Assembly (NCBI GenBank): GCA_001275005.1
Contig: JWZX01003250.1
Location: 1 to 35,113, forward strand
Direction of reading: 5' to 3'
DNA: 35,113 nucleotides
Source: Chrysochromulina tobinii
Lineage: Eukaryota
Shown here piece by piece: positions 1 to 9,751 of the stretch (position 1 is the stretch's first letter; every line of letters begins with the position of its first letter). Both the position numbers and the translations under genes were made by a program. Below the pieces are notes generated by a model. The model ran no database searches, was not told the DNA's origin, and was given only the letters and a program-made list of their open reading frames with translations.

Positions 1-147
1 TACCCAAACGACTCGACGCGCCAAGCACACCTGCGCCTTCCGACAGAGGTGAGGGCCCGCCATGTGCGTCTGACGGTACTCGCGTGGCATGCGCACATCT
101 CGCTTCGCGCGGGTCTTCTCATCGCGGAGGAGCACCAGTCGAGCCAG

Positions 148-2580
148 ATGCCAAGCCACCATCCAAGCCCCCCGATGGGGATCCCGGCGATGGGAGCGAT
201 GGGCCAGATGATCGGGCAGACGGCGCAGCAGGCGATGGCCGCTCACGAGAACCTTCCCCTTCGTAGCCTCAACAGAGACGAAGCGCTGCGCGCCGGCGTC
301 AAGCTAACCTTTTTCCTGCCCAACATTGCTCCAGTGGTTGTGCGTGCGCCCGTCGAGGTGTGCGCGCCGTCGCCAGCCGAAGCGGCGGTCGTGTACAATT
401 CGAAGGAGATGGCGACGACCACGGGCCCATTCGTGCATGTGTGCATGCTGGACCCTTCCAAGATCTCATTCTCGGAGGCATATCAACAATACTCGAGGGG
501 CGTGAAGCAGAATGCTACGGGGGGCAAGTCAGTTTCGATGCGTTATGATGGTCAGCATTTTAAAGTTCGCCTTCCGAAGATGAACTACCCTTCCGGCGCC
601 GTCGTTCGCAAGGACGACAAGACTGGTAAGATCGACTATAATCTGTACGGATCACTGGCTGGATGCGATCCTTATCTGCAGGAGCGTGCAGGCGAGGAGG
701 CCGGTGACCTCGGCAAGCTGTACAACTTCATGCGCGACCTCGAAGTGAAGATGATCGAGAAGGCGGTCGTCAACAGCCCACAGTGGTTCAGCGAGGCGCG
801 TACGGAGGCTGGTGTCAGGGCAAGCTTCAACCCAATCCTCTCGTGCTCTCGCGACAAGGTATCATTTGAGGCGAACGGCAAGTTCCCACCGAGCCTCGCT
901 GTCAAGATACAGTACGACGGTCAGTTTAAGATCCGTGTCTTCAACTCCCAGGGCCATCCCGTCCACTTGACTACCGACAACATCGCCGAGGTGTTCCCGA
1001 AACATGTGGAGGCCAGTTTGGTCGTCTCTCCGAGCATCTGGGTCTGGAAATCGAGCTTTGGCATCACGTGGCGCGTCGAGCAGGCTCAGGTCTTCCATAT
1101 TTGCAAGCGTCAGGTCTTCCAGGGTGAGCAGACGTCTGCACGAAACGCCCCCACCCCAGCACACACCCCAGCCCCGCCGCCGGACGACATGGACCCCGAG
1201 CTGGAACAGATGGCGTGGGCACTGCAGCAGTCGAAACTCGAGGCGGGCGCGGCCAAGCCCGAGGCGATCCAACTGGAGGCCGAGCGGCGGCGTGCGGAGG
1301 ATCTCGCGAACGAGCTCGAGGCGACTCGGAGGGAGCTCGACATCCAAATAAAAAAGGCGAGAGAGCTCGATGCCATGCGGAGAGAGCTCGACGCGACCCA
1401 GAAGGAGCGCGACGCGTACTCCAGTCAGCTCGAGAGCCTTCAGAAAGAGATTGAGGCGTGCTCCTCCGATTCTGGTGATGTCGACGGGCGGGTGCAACTG
1501 CCCGGCCACGACGAGCACGGCGATGAGCACGATGACGAACACGACGCAGTGATCGTGCGCAATTTGGCCAGTCTCGAAGTGCCGCTCGGTGCTCTTCGGA
1601 ACCACGAACTGTCCCAGCTCGACAGCCATCAGCGCATAGCGGACGAGCTTGCCAAAGAGCGTGCGCGGCGCGAGGCAGCGGAGCTAGCCGAGCGTGAGGC
1701 GTTCTGGAGCGAGATCAAGCGCGAGGCGGCGCAGCTGGCCCTCGCGGAGGAGGCGCGGGCCGAGGCAGAGAGGGTGGCGGCGGAGGCTGCATCTCTAGCC
1801 GAGGCAGGTAGGGTGGCGGCCGAGGCCGACGCTCGAGAGGATGCTGCCACGATGGCTGCCACAGTCGCGGAGGAGGAGGCGTCGGGAGCGGAGGCAGCGA
1901 CGTTGACTGGCCCGCCCGACTACAGCGGCGTCAACTTCACCCACAAGGCGTCTACTACAGCCTCTACCACAGCGTCTACTACAGCTGCGTCTGCTACATC
2001 GTCTACGGACGACTACAGCGGCGTCTACTACATCCGCACGACAGAGCACGGCCCAGGTAAACAACCCGCTGGCTGGGGACTTGCCTGCTTCCCAACTTAC
2101 GGGGGGGGCAGGCGAAATGAAGCCTCCTCATGGGTGCACGTTCATGAGGGGCAGGACCAATGGCCGTGCAAGTGGGAGATCAAGCCAGGCAGCGTGCCCG
2201 GCACATATCGAATCATCACCTTGGGTCACGAGCTGGGCGGCCAAGCCCCTGGCTGGGGCCTCTCCGCGTGGAACAGGCCTCTCCAAGACGGCTCAACGCG
2301 AGACGACAAGTCGTCTTGGGTGGCGGTGCATGCGGGAGACCATTGGCCGATGGACTGGCACATCGTGCCGGGCAAGCAAGAAGGCACCGTTCGCATCCTC
2401 ACGACGCACCACGAAGCGGGTGCCCAGCCGGCGTCATGGGGCTTATCGGCCTGGCACGGCCAGACTGATAGCAGGCGTAACGACCTTTCGAGTCGCGTCG
2501 CCGTCCATGCAGACGAGAGATGGCAGATGGATTGGGTGCTCGCCTCGGCGAAGCCTACCGGTACTGACCTCGATTACTGA
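148..2580 (+). CDS. Multidomain protein: NCLDV-type (T7 gp2.5-like OB-fold) ssDNA-binding-like domain, UIM-like motif, coiled coil, C-terminal 3x ~58-aa repeat (possible beta-trefoil)
   Basis: Stop-free frame 49-2580 with the first ATG at 148; the true start may lie upstream. Nt ~445-1095 encode LDPSKISF..GGKSVSMRYDGQHFKVRLPKM..NSPQWF..NGKFPPSLAVKI..SIWVWKSSFGITWRVEQAQVF, which I recognise as resembling giant-virus SSB proteins. DPELEQMAWALQQSKLE is at ~1192-1242. Three H-x2-G-x-Q-x3-WGL..R..SS.V.VH..W...W repeats lie at ~2020-2545. Confidence 0.75.
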   Translation: MPSHHPSPPMGIPAMGAMGQMIGQTAQQAMAAHENLPLRSLNRDEALRAGVKLTFFLPNIAPVVVRAPVEVCAPSPAEAAVVYNSKEMATTTGPFVHVCMLDPSKISFSEAYQQYSRGVKQNATGGKSVSMRYDGQHFKVRLPKMNYPSGAVVRKDDKTGKIDYNLYGSLAGCDPYLQERAGEEAGDLGKLYNFMRDLEVKMIEKAVVNSPQWFSEARTEAGVRASFNPILSCSRDKVSFEANGKFPPSLAVKIQYDGQFKIRVFNSQGHPVHLTTDNIAEVFPKHVEASLVVSPSIWVWKSSFGITWRVEQAQVFHICKRQVFQGEQTSARNAPTPAHTPAPPPDDMDPELEQMAWALQQSKLEAGAAKPEAIQLEAERRRAEDLANELEATRRELDIQIKKARELDAMRRELDATQKERDAYSSQLESLQKEIEACSSDSGDVDGRVQLPGHDEHGDEHDDEHDAVIVRNLASLEVPLGALRNHELSQLDSHQRIADELAKERARREAAELAEREAFWSEIKREAAQLALAEEARAEAERVAAEAASLAEAGRVAAEADAREDAATMAATVAEEEASGAEAATLTGPPDYSGVNFTHKASTTASTTASTTAASATSSTDDYSGVYYIRTTEHGPGKQPAGWGLACFPTYGGGRRNEASSWVHVHEGQDQWPCKWEIKPGSVPGTYRIITLGHELGGQAPGWGLSAWNRPLQDGSTRDDKSSWVAVHAGDHWPMDWHIVPGKQEGTVRILTTHHEAGAQPASWGLSAWHGQTDSRRNDLSSRVAVHADERWQMDWVLASAKPTGTDLDY

Positions 2581-2940
2581 CCTCGGGTATACTGACATCG
2601 GGTCAACTGACTAGATTGCCGACCACTCGACACCTCGAAGCCGATCCCTACGCATCTGTGATCTAGACAACCGAGGTGACGCTCTCTGTGAGAACATGCT
2701 GCGTGAGAACATGCTGTGTGAACATACCATGTGAGAATCGCCGGAGAGCGGAATGGCAAGGCACCTCTCCGCTGCCCTTCCACTGTCCTTCTGCGGCCCT
2801 TCCGCGCTGCCCTGCCGCTGCAGCCCTGCCCCTCCCCGCCGTCCGCGCGTCCCGCCGCTGTGGGCGAAGTTTGAAAAGGAGAGAGAAGATGAGTGACATA
2901 GTCATGAGAGGCAGCACACGCCACACCGTCGAATATGTAA

Positions 2941-3214
2941 AGTACCCCCGTCTGGACGAAACTAGTAACCCATACCGCAAAAAACCAAAGTACCAACCCA
3001 ACCCTACCGCCCAGATCGGACCGGACAAAAATACAGAGCTCAGGAGCTCGACGGCTATCGCAGCTGAACGTAAATACACAGTGTCTGGCCCTAAGATCGT
3101 TCAGTACCGGTACCATACGCCATGACCATACGCTCAGTAGCGACAGGGTCGGGTAGGGGTACGGTTAGGTTCGACGGTTAGGTGTGTACGAGTACGTGGC
3201 AAGACGCGAGTACT
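2941..3214. mobile_element. Possible degenerate MITE-like element with ~75-nt imperfect terminal inverted repeats
   Basis: Lower-GC segment between two convergent genes. The left arm agtacccccgtctggacg..gtaccaacccaaccctaccgc aligns loosely by eye to the reverse complement of the right arm (agtactcgcgtcttgccacg..gtacccctacccgaccctgtcgc). Confidence 0.3.
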
Positions 3215-3257
3215 ATCTACACTATCTACTGTAGTCGCTCGGCTACTTTAACGTCAT

Positions 3258-6200
3258 TCAACCGCCGGTTGAAAATTCTGTGCGATCTACTAAACCCGTA
3301 CGTATGGTCCATAAATTTACCTCGTCTGCGGACAGTTGCACGTCAGCCATTCCCATAGCGCCCGGGGGGGACCTAGCGGCCGTACCAGGGCCTTTCTTTG
3401 TCTGCTCGACTATGCCTTCCCGGGGTATTGACGGGTGGCTATTCTGGATGCGCCGAATGATCATGGTGAGCACGTGCTCCACGCACCGGTCGAGGGGCTG
3501 CCCCTGAGGCAGCTTGCCGAAGACGCCGCTCCGCTCACGTAGCAGGCTATTGAGCTTGGCGCCGTGTCGTGGATCGGCCGTGATCAGCGTCATGTATTGG
3601 CCTCCATCGAGCATTCCCGCGTCCGCAATCTCCGCGTCCGTCGGCGTCGCCTTGAGCATGGCCACTCTGCAGAGAGCCTCAATCCATCCCTCAAAGGGCA
3701 AGCAAGTCTCCTTGAGTCGACCTCCCCTTGTCTGGCCGTCAACTACGCACATGATCGACCATAGGAAGCAGAGAGTGCCGTCGGCTAGGCTCAGATCGGT
3801 GCCGCTGAGCCCGGCAGCGGCCAAGAAGCGCCGCCACGTGAGAAGTCCGCACAAGAGCTTATGGCCGCTCAGGAGGCACAATTGGGCGAAGAGGAGGCGG
3901 AGGGAGCTCTCGTGCTTGCACAACACTGCCGTCAGCTCGGGCGTATACGCAACCTCCCTCCGGAACTCATCAGGTGGGACGAGGACATGCCGCAGCGCGG
4001 GCCTGATGCAACTCTGAAAGAGCAACTGGACCGCCTCCGACAGGTCGTCGCAATCCCCTGGCATGATGTATTTGGCAATGGCCATACGCACCAAGCCCAC
4101 CATGAACTGAACTCGCGAAAGTGCCGGCCGCGCGTTGTGCGCCGAGTGTCCGTGGTTGCCCTTGATGTCCTCGACCGTTTGGACGCCCGCTCGGGGCGAG
4201 GAACGCGGCGCCACCACACCGGAATGACCTCTCCTGCGCTGTGCCTCAGCTTGCTGCTGTGCTTCCTCTTGAGCTCGGTTCGTTTCGGCATCAGCTCTAC
4301 GAGCCATCATACGACCCATCGCGTCGATCTCCTTGAAGATCATGCCCACGTGTTTGGGTTGGCAGTGCTTCGACTGGCGGTTGACGAGCTTGGCGTCCTC
4401 AGCAAACTGGTTCCATCCTTCAAATCCCATCTCATCCAGATTCTCGTCGCCCAGCCTTGTCGCCGAGCAGAAGAAGTTGAACGCCATCGTGCACCATTCA
4501 TGATTCATCAGCAGCACCGCGCCTACCTCATCGACCTCGTCGGGCACGCCATCGCCATCCTGATGAACGCCATCATCGCCATCCTGGCACATGATCATCT
4601 TCACGAGGCCGTGTGGCAGTGCACGCCTCCAGTCTGCACTGAACCGCTGGAATAGAATGTCCTCGTGATCGACAAAGTCCTTGGCATCACTCCACTCCTT
4701 CCGAGGGGCCCAAATGGTCTTTGTCAGATCAAAAGGCCCCTCCACCTTGGTCACCACTGGCGCATTGAGCTTGCCGGCGATTACGTACCACGGACGAATG
4801 AAGGTGCGTCTCTGCTCTTGGAACGCCTTCATCGCCGTGCTTGCGCTGGCAATGACTGCAGCCCTGGGGACAGGGTGGCAGTGGGCAACACCTGCTTCCT
4901 GCACCGTGCCCAAGCCTGCCTCGGACGAGGCCGCATGAATTGAGGGGCTGCTGGGCGAAACACGCAGTCGTCCAGGCAGTGGTTGTGGCGGGGGTGGCGC
5001 CGGCCGACGGGGAGGCGGCCTCCACGGCAGAGAAGCCTTCGACCGCTCAGCGGTCCAGATGGAAGCAGCGTGGTAGAGGTAATGGCGAACGTACTCGCCC
5101 TCAAGCTCATGCCCGACAGTCGGCACACATGGCAATGCCGCCGCAGCCGTTGCCACAGCAACCACAGGTCGCCACGTGCGTCGATCGTAATGGCTACCTG
5201 GACGCGGCGCGGGTCCCGTCTCGAGAGCCCTGGACACTGTCTCGTGCACTCGCTCGAGAGCCTCGTCCGCCGCGGCTGCTAGCTCTGGGCTCCTGGGCTC
5301 ATGGAGATGCTGTGTGTCGAGCTCGGATGGCTCATATGCAGAGGCATGAGGAGGAGGACTACGTTGGTGCCGACTGTACGCGGTTGCGTTCGCTATCCTC
5401 GTTGGCTTGCCGTCGAGGTCGGCTGCACTTATACGAGCACCATTGTGAGCGCCATCGAGGTCTGGTGCACTGCTTGCCGCCGTCGCTCTGCCTCGAAGGA
5501 GCAGCCGCCCATCGAGCAACCTGCCATCGTACAAGTGCGGCTCGATGTCCCTCATCTCCGGCCCAAAGTCGAGCTTCATGTCGGCCAGCTCGGCATGCTC
5601 CTCATAGAGCTGCTTGTACTCAAAGGTGCTCCCGAGCAGATACGCCATCGGGTCGAGCTCGTGCGGATTCGCCCTCACATGCTCCAGATAGCGCATCCTG
5701 TAATGCGGCGACTGTGGGGTCGTCGTGTAGGCGGAGCGAGGACGGTCGTGAGGCGAGGACGGCCCACTAGAGCTCGCTCCGTGGGTAATGTGCTGCGCTC
5801 GCATCGGAGCCGTACGGACCAATCCAGCCGCTTGCTCCTTGATGAGCCGCTCCTGCGAGTAACGCAGGGGGGCCTGGGCATCGTCCACGGGCACGAGCTG
5901 CGCTCGCGGCTGGTCGAGTGAACTCTGGATGCGAAACCGCCGAGTGGCTTCGATGAGCTGATCCACGTCGGGAGGGCCGGACGGGGGGGAGGCCGAGTGG
6001 GCGCCCGAGACGGCGCTCGAGTGGCGTGCGATCATCGAGTGCATGGGCTCCGAGCGCGCGAGGCGCTCGAGACGGCGCTCGGTGCTCGAGTCCACAGGAG
6101 TTGCCGGTAGTTGAGCCGCCACACGTGGGGCGCTCATGTTGCGACCCCAGTCTGATGGTGCGGCTGGGGCTGGTTGAGTAGCTCCATCTTCCATGTTGGT

Positions 6201-8819
6201 ACCGACCTCATGTGTGCTCCCGAGATGTGATCTGAGGTTGCCCACCGCACATCGTGACGACGTGGGCCTCTGCATCACTGGTGCGGACGCAGAGGGCCAC
6301 TGCTGCTCCTCCATCGCGGCTTGCATGAACACAAACTTGCCCTGCCTCAGTATCTGGCGCTCGTCCTTCTCCGACGCGGAAAATCCGCCGTCCATGTCCG
6401 CAGAGGCGTCGACTTCGGAGCGCCATTTGCGTGCAAGGGCTCTCCACTCAATCTTCGGAACGAGCTGATCCGCCTTGTTCGTGCGCCCGCTCTTGGACCA
6501 CGCTTCCGTGATGGCACGAATCCGAACGATGGATCGGCCGAAAATCTCCATCTGGAGCCTTGACCAGCCTCGAGTGCTCGACGCCTGCGTGCGGTGCAGC
6601 GCCGTGCCGAGCAGCTCCGCGTGCCCTACGGTCGATCCGGACCTCGATCCGGACCTCGATCCGGCGCTGTGGTCCTCGTTGAGGAGTGCATCATCCCCGC
6701 GCGCGAGCAGCCTGCCGCTGACAAGATAGTGAGTCGCACCCGCCGAAGCATTGCCTCCATGTCCCGTCCTCGACAGCGCCGATCCAAGCTGGGTGAGGAG
6801 GGCGCTCTCGCCGTGGAGCAGCCCGGCATTGACAGTGGCCGCCGCGCGTAGGTTGTACTGGAGTGGCTCGAGCTTGACCGTGGCGAGCGCGAGCACGGCG
6901 TCCATGTCGAAGAACCAGCGGTGCAAGGGGCGGCTAACGTCGAGGGGGTCCGACGAGAGCGAGCGCACACAGCTAAAGAAGAAGGCGCACCACACTCCCG
7001 AGGCACCGAGCAGCGCGTCGGGACGTTCACGACTCACTTGCGCGAAGGCGAGCCTGGCTACCTCGCCGACTGCGATCCGCAACGTCACGCAGCACGCTAC
7101 GAAGCGCTCGCAGCTGAGCGCCAGCTCACCGTTGAGCGCGGTGCCACTCGCGACGGCCGCGCGGTGCGCGCGCTCGTCTTGATCGCTAGCCTTGTGCAGG
7201 AGGGTGCGTGCTTGCTGGCCGTAGGTGCGAGATTGCGAGAGAACATTCGGTGCCCTCCTCGAGGGGCTTGCCCGGGACGGCGCCTCTGTGGGCTCGATGG
7301 ACTTGCCCGGGACGGCGCTCTGGCCGAAGGCGCGCTTCACTTGCACAGTGACGCCATGGTAGCGCACGATATGTGCCATGAGCGGCCGGAGAGAGTCGGG
7401 CAGCGGCGGGATACAGAGCGGAGGAGCGACGCGTACCTCGAGCGTGTACGTGGTCGTGCTCAGGTCCTCGGCAATCACCACCACACGGACCAGCAAGATC
7501 CTCTCGGGATGGGCTTGCTTCAGAGCGAGTTGCTCCTTAGCGGCGTTAGCGGCCGCGGCATCCGGTGCGCTTGCCGCGACGGCCCCTCCCTTGGACGAGC
7601 CGTTGGTGCCACCCTTGGAAGCTCCCTTGCCGCCTGCCTTGGGAGGGGAGGGTATTTGCTCCTCGAAGAGGGCCGGCTCGTACATGCTGATCCGCTGCAA
7701 GTCCGTCCGATGGAGCTCGGGCGAGGCTGCAAGCAGGTACTGGTGGAGCGACACCATCGGAAGATGACGGCCCCCCCCGAGGGCGCGGCACAGGGAGATG
7801 ATCATGGCATCCAAGTCGTCGGTCGGGTCATGAAGTGCCGATTGGAAGCCAAGGTCCCGCAAGCATGCCTTGAAGGCCTCCACCGACAGCGTGCCGTCCG
7901 CGTTCACACCCGCCGCCGCATCTCCTCCCCCAGTGCCGTCCGCTCCTCCTCCTGTTCCGCCTCGCGCACCACTCAAATGCATGTGAACCGTGAGCAAGTT
8001 GGCACGCAGGAAGTTGAGCAGCAAGGGCGGTAACGCCGCGAGCGGCCGCAACGTGGCGAACTGAACATCGCTTGGCAAGAGCACTGCCTTCGGCTCGGGT
8101 AGCGGCGCCGTCTCATCACTGAAACCTCCTTTGCCGCCTGCATTGCCCTTGGCGCGCTTGGCGGCCTTCGCAGCTGCCTTCTCCTTTCGTTTCTTGTGAG
8201 CAGCGAGCATCACCCGAGCCTCCTCCTCCCTCTGCGCCTGCTGCTGCTGATGCAGCCCGTCCACTGCCTTCCATCGAAGCTCCGCGGCGTGTCTCACTCG
8301 CTGCAGCAGCTCAGCACTATGCTTCACTGTCCACTCGGCGGCCGTCATTGTGATGTTCTCTGGAGAAGATAGATCGGCTGCAGGAGCTAAATCCGCTTCT
8401 GGTGACTTACGCACCGCAAGCCCTCGCGAGATTGCTTGGATGACAACAGCTGCCTGTTGCTCTGTCCTTGAATAGTGCTCGAGCGGCTTCTCGCACAGGG
8501 TCATGTGGAGCCGCTCGCATGCATCTCGCTCCTGGCGGCCCTCGTTGGACGTTGAAGGATCCCATCGGTAGATGCGCACTCGTGCCCTGGCGTTGCGAGC
8601 GGTCGCGCGCACGCTCACCCACAGCATGCCTGGTGGCAGGGCAGTTTTGATCGACGAGGATGGCGAGATAGGAAAGGATCCGTGCACCTGACGTGGTACG
8701 ATTGGCTCCTTGCCCCCATCGGATGCGAAGAGCTCTAGGCTTGCTAGCGCGCTGTCACACGGCACGTTTACTGGCGTGGGGCTCTTGCGCCCAGCATTGG
8801 GGCTCTTGCTTTTTCTCAT
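3258..8819 (-). CDS. Large uncharacterised protein (1853 aa) with an IQ-like motif, EF-hand-like segments and a C-terminal helical/EF-hand-like domain
   Basis: Uninterrupted 5.5 kb ORF. AAVVIQAISRGLAVRK is IQ-like (~8405-8455) and VNADGTLSVEAFKACLRDLG is EF-hand-like (~7855-7910). The C-terminal region TIWAPR..FSADW..LSRVQFMVGLVRMAIAKY..LPFEGWIEALCRVA looks globular. Confidence 0.8.
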   Translation of the reverse strand: MRKSKSPNAGRKSPTPVNVPCDSALASLELFASDGGKEPIVPRQVHGSFPISPSSSIKTALPPGMLWVSVRATARNARARVRIYRWDPSTSNEGRQERDACERLHMTLCEKPLEHYSRTEQQAAVVIQAISRGLAVRKSPEADLAPAADLSSPENITMTAAEWTVKHSAELLQRVRHAAELRWKAVDGLHQQQQAQREEEARVMLAAHKKRKEKAAAKAAKRAKGNAGGKGGFSDETAPLPEPKAVLLPSDVQFATLRPLAALPPLLLNFLRANLLTVHMHLSGARGGTGGGADGTGGGDAAAGVNADGTLSVEAFKACLRDLGFQSALHDPTDDLDAMIISLCRALGGGRHLPMVSLHQYLLAASPELHRTDLQRISMYEPALFEEQIPSPPKAGGKGASKGGTNGSSKGGAVAASAPDAAAANAAKEQLALKQAHPERILLVRVVVIAEDLSTTTYTLEVRVAPPLCIPPLPDSLRPLMAHIVRYHGVTVQVKRAFGQSAVPGKSIEPTEAPSRASPSRRAPNVLSQSRTYGQQARTLLHKASDQDERAHRAAVASGTALNGELALSCERFVACCVTLRIAVGEVARLAFAQVSRERPDALLGASGVWCAFFFSCVRSLSSDPLDVSRPLHRWFFDMDAVLALATVKLEPLQYNLRAAATVNAGLLHGESALLTQLGSALSRTGHGGNASAGATHYLVSGRLLARGDDALLNEDHSAGSRSGSRSGSTVGHAELLGTALHRTQASSTRGWSRLQMEIFGRSIVRIRAITEAWSKSGRTNKADQLVPKIEWRALARKWRSEVDASADMDGGFSASEKDERQILRQGKFVFMQAAMEEQQWPSASAPVMQRPTSSRCAVGNLRSHLGSTHEVGTNMEDGATQPAPAAPSDWGRNMSAPRVAAQLPATPVDSSTERRLERLARSEPMHSMIARHSSAVSGAHSASPPSGPPDVDQLIEATRRFRIQSSLDQPRAQLVPVDDAQAPLRYSQERLIKEQAAGLVRTAPMRAQHITHGASSSGPSSPHDRPRSAYTTTPQSPHYRMRYLEHVRANPHELDPMAYLLGSTFEYKQLYEEHAELADMKLDFGPEMRDIEPHLYDGRLLDGRLLLRGRATAASSAPDLDGAHNGARISAADLDGKPTRIANATAYSRHQRSPPPHASAYEPSELDTQHLHEPRSPELAAAADEALERVHETVSRALETGPAPRPGSHYDRRTWRPVVAVATAAAALPCVPTVGHELEGEYVRHYLYHAASIWTAERSKASLPWRPPPRRPAPPPPQPLPGRLRVSPSSPSIHAASSEAGLGTVQEAGVAHCHPVPRAAVIASASTAMKAFQEQRRTFIRPWYVIAGKLNAPVVTKVEGPFDLTKTIWAPRKEWSDAKDFVDHEDILFQRFSADWRRALPHGLVKMIMCQDGDDGVHQDGDGVPDEVDEVGAVLLMNHEWCTMAFNFFCSATRLGDENLDEMGFEGWNQFAEDAKLVNRQSKHCQPKHVGMIFKEIDAMGRMMARRADAETNRAQEEAQQQAEAQRRRGHSGVVAPRSSPRAGVQTVEDIKGNHGHSAHNARPALSRVQFMVGLVRMAIAKYIMPGDCDDLSEAVQLLFQSCIRPALRHVLVPPDEFRREVAYTPELTAVLCKHESSLRLLFAQLCLLSGHKLLCGLLTWRRFLAAAGLSGTDLSLADGTLCFLWSIMCVVDGQTRGGRLKETCLPFEGWIEALCRVAMLKATPTDAEIADAGMLDGGQYMTLITADPRHGAKLNSLLRERSGVFGKLPQGQPLDRCVEHVLTMIIRRIQNSHPSIPREGIVEQTKKGPGTAARSPPGAMGMADVQLSADEVNLWTIRTGLVDRTEFSTGG

Positions 8820-9751
8820 GCGGCCCAGACCGACGGGCTATGTCAGGGCAGCGGCTCGGCGAGGTGGGGCAGTGGCTTCGAGGCGACTTTCATGGAGCTT
8901 CGAAACGTCTGAAGCGCCGCGAGAGCGCGAGATCCGTGGGTGTTGCATGCACGTCTTTTTAATGCAAGGGTGGGTTCACGTCAATGAGTGTAACGGGCCG
9001 CCGCGCACAAAAGTTCTCGCGATGGGGTGGTTGTGCACGACGCGACGGCGGTTTCTAGGCGGTTTCGGCCATCTACAAGGGACCCAAGGACTACCGAGGC
9101 CCCTTTTCCTAGTACCTAGCTCCGCAGAGTATGCTCTCAGCGTCAGTCTCGCCTGCGGGAGAGCCTTTATACGGGGGCGCTCTATCCGCTGCCATGAGTC
9201 TCATGGATAAGGCCCGCGAGCGCCGCGTCGTTGAAGGAGGCATGTTTCTTCTTGGGGTCATACTTGGCGGCCAGGTCGATTGCCTTGACGCCGTGCTTCG
9301 CTACGTCCTTGGCTCCTTGCCGAACGAGAGCACGTCGTTGCAGAAGTCGCCACGCGACCTCCCCGCGCCACGCGTCCATCCCGCCCTCGGCATAGTCCGG
9401 TCGGAAAACTACAATAACATTCCAAGTGTGTGACTTGCATCTTTATGCGAAAAAGACACATGGTTCCGTCATGCTCATGGGGTTCGTGTAAATGGATGAA
9501 GGGCGGTTCGTACGAAGGGAAACATAGGGGGCGGACGGCCTATCCTCTATCGAGAGTCGAGACGACAGAAAAGGCTGCGCTCTTCCGAGTAGGATAAGGG
9601 GCCAAAACAGCCAAAAGGTGGCGGGAGAAAAAGTCTTCAGGCCTTCATGGTGTGGTCGCCTCGGTCTACGGTCAGTCAGTCAGTTACAATTGGATGTCGC
9701 GGCCACACCCGCGCCCACCACACCTCCGTCTCAAAGGACGGCTCACGTGAA

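Noticed and set aside
2676..3125. 149-aa plus-strand ORF
   Set aside because: No recognisable domain, atypical codon usage, and it overlaps the inverted-repeat spacer.
1..3250. Endogenous giant-virus insertion (GEVE)
   Set aside because: Only one virus-like domain, fused in a host-like ORF. No capsid, polymerase or packaging ATPase is in the window; upstream sequence is unseen.
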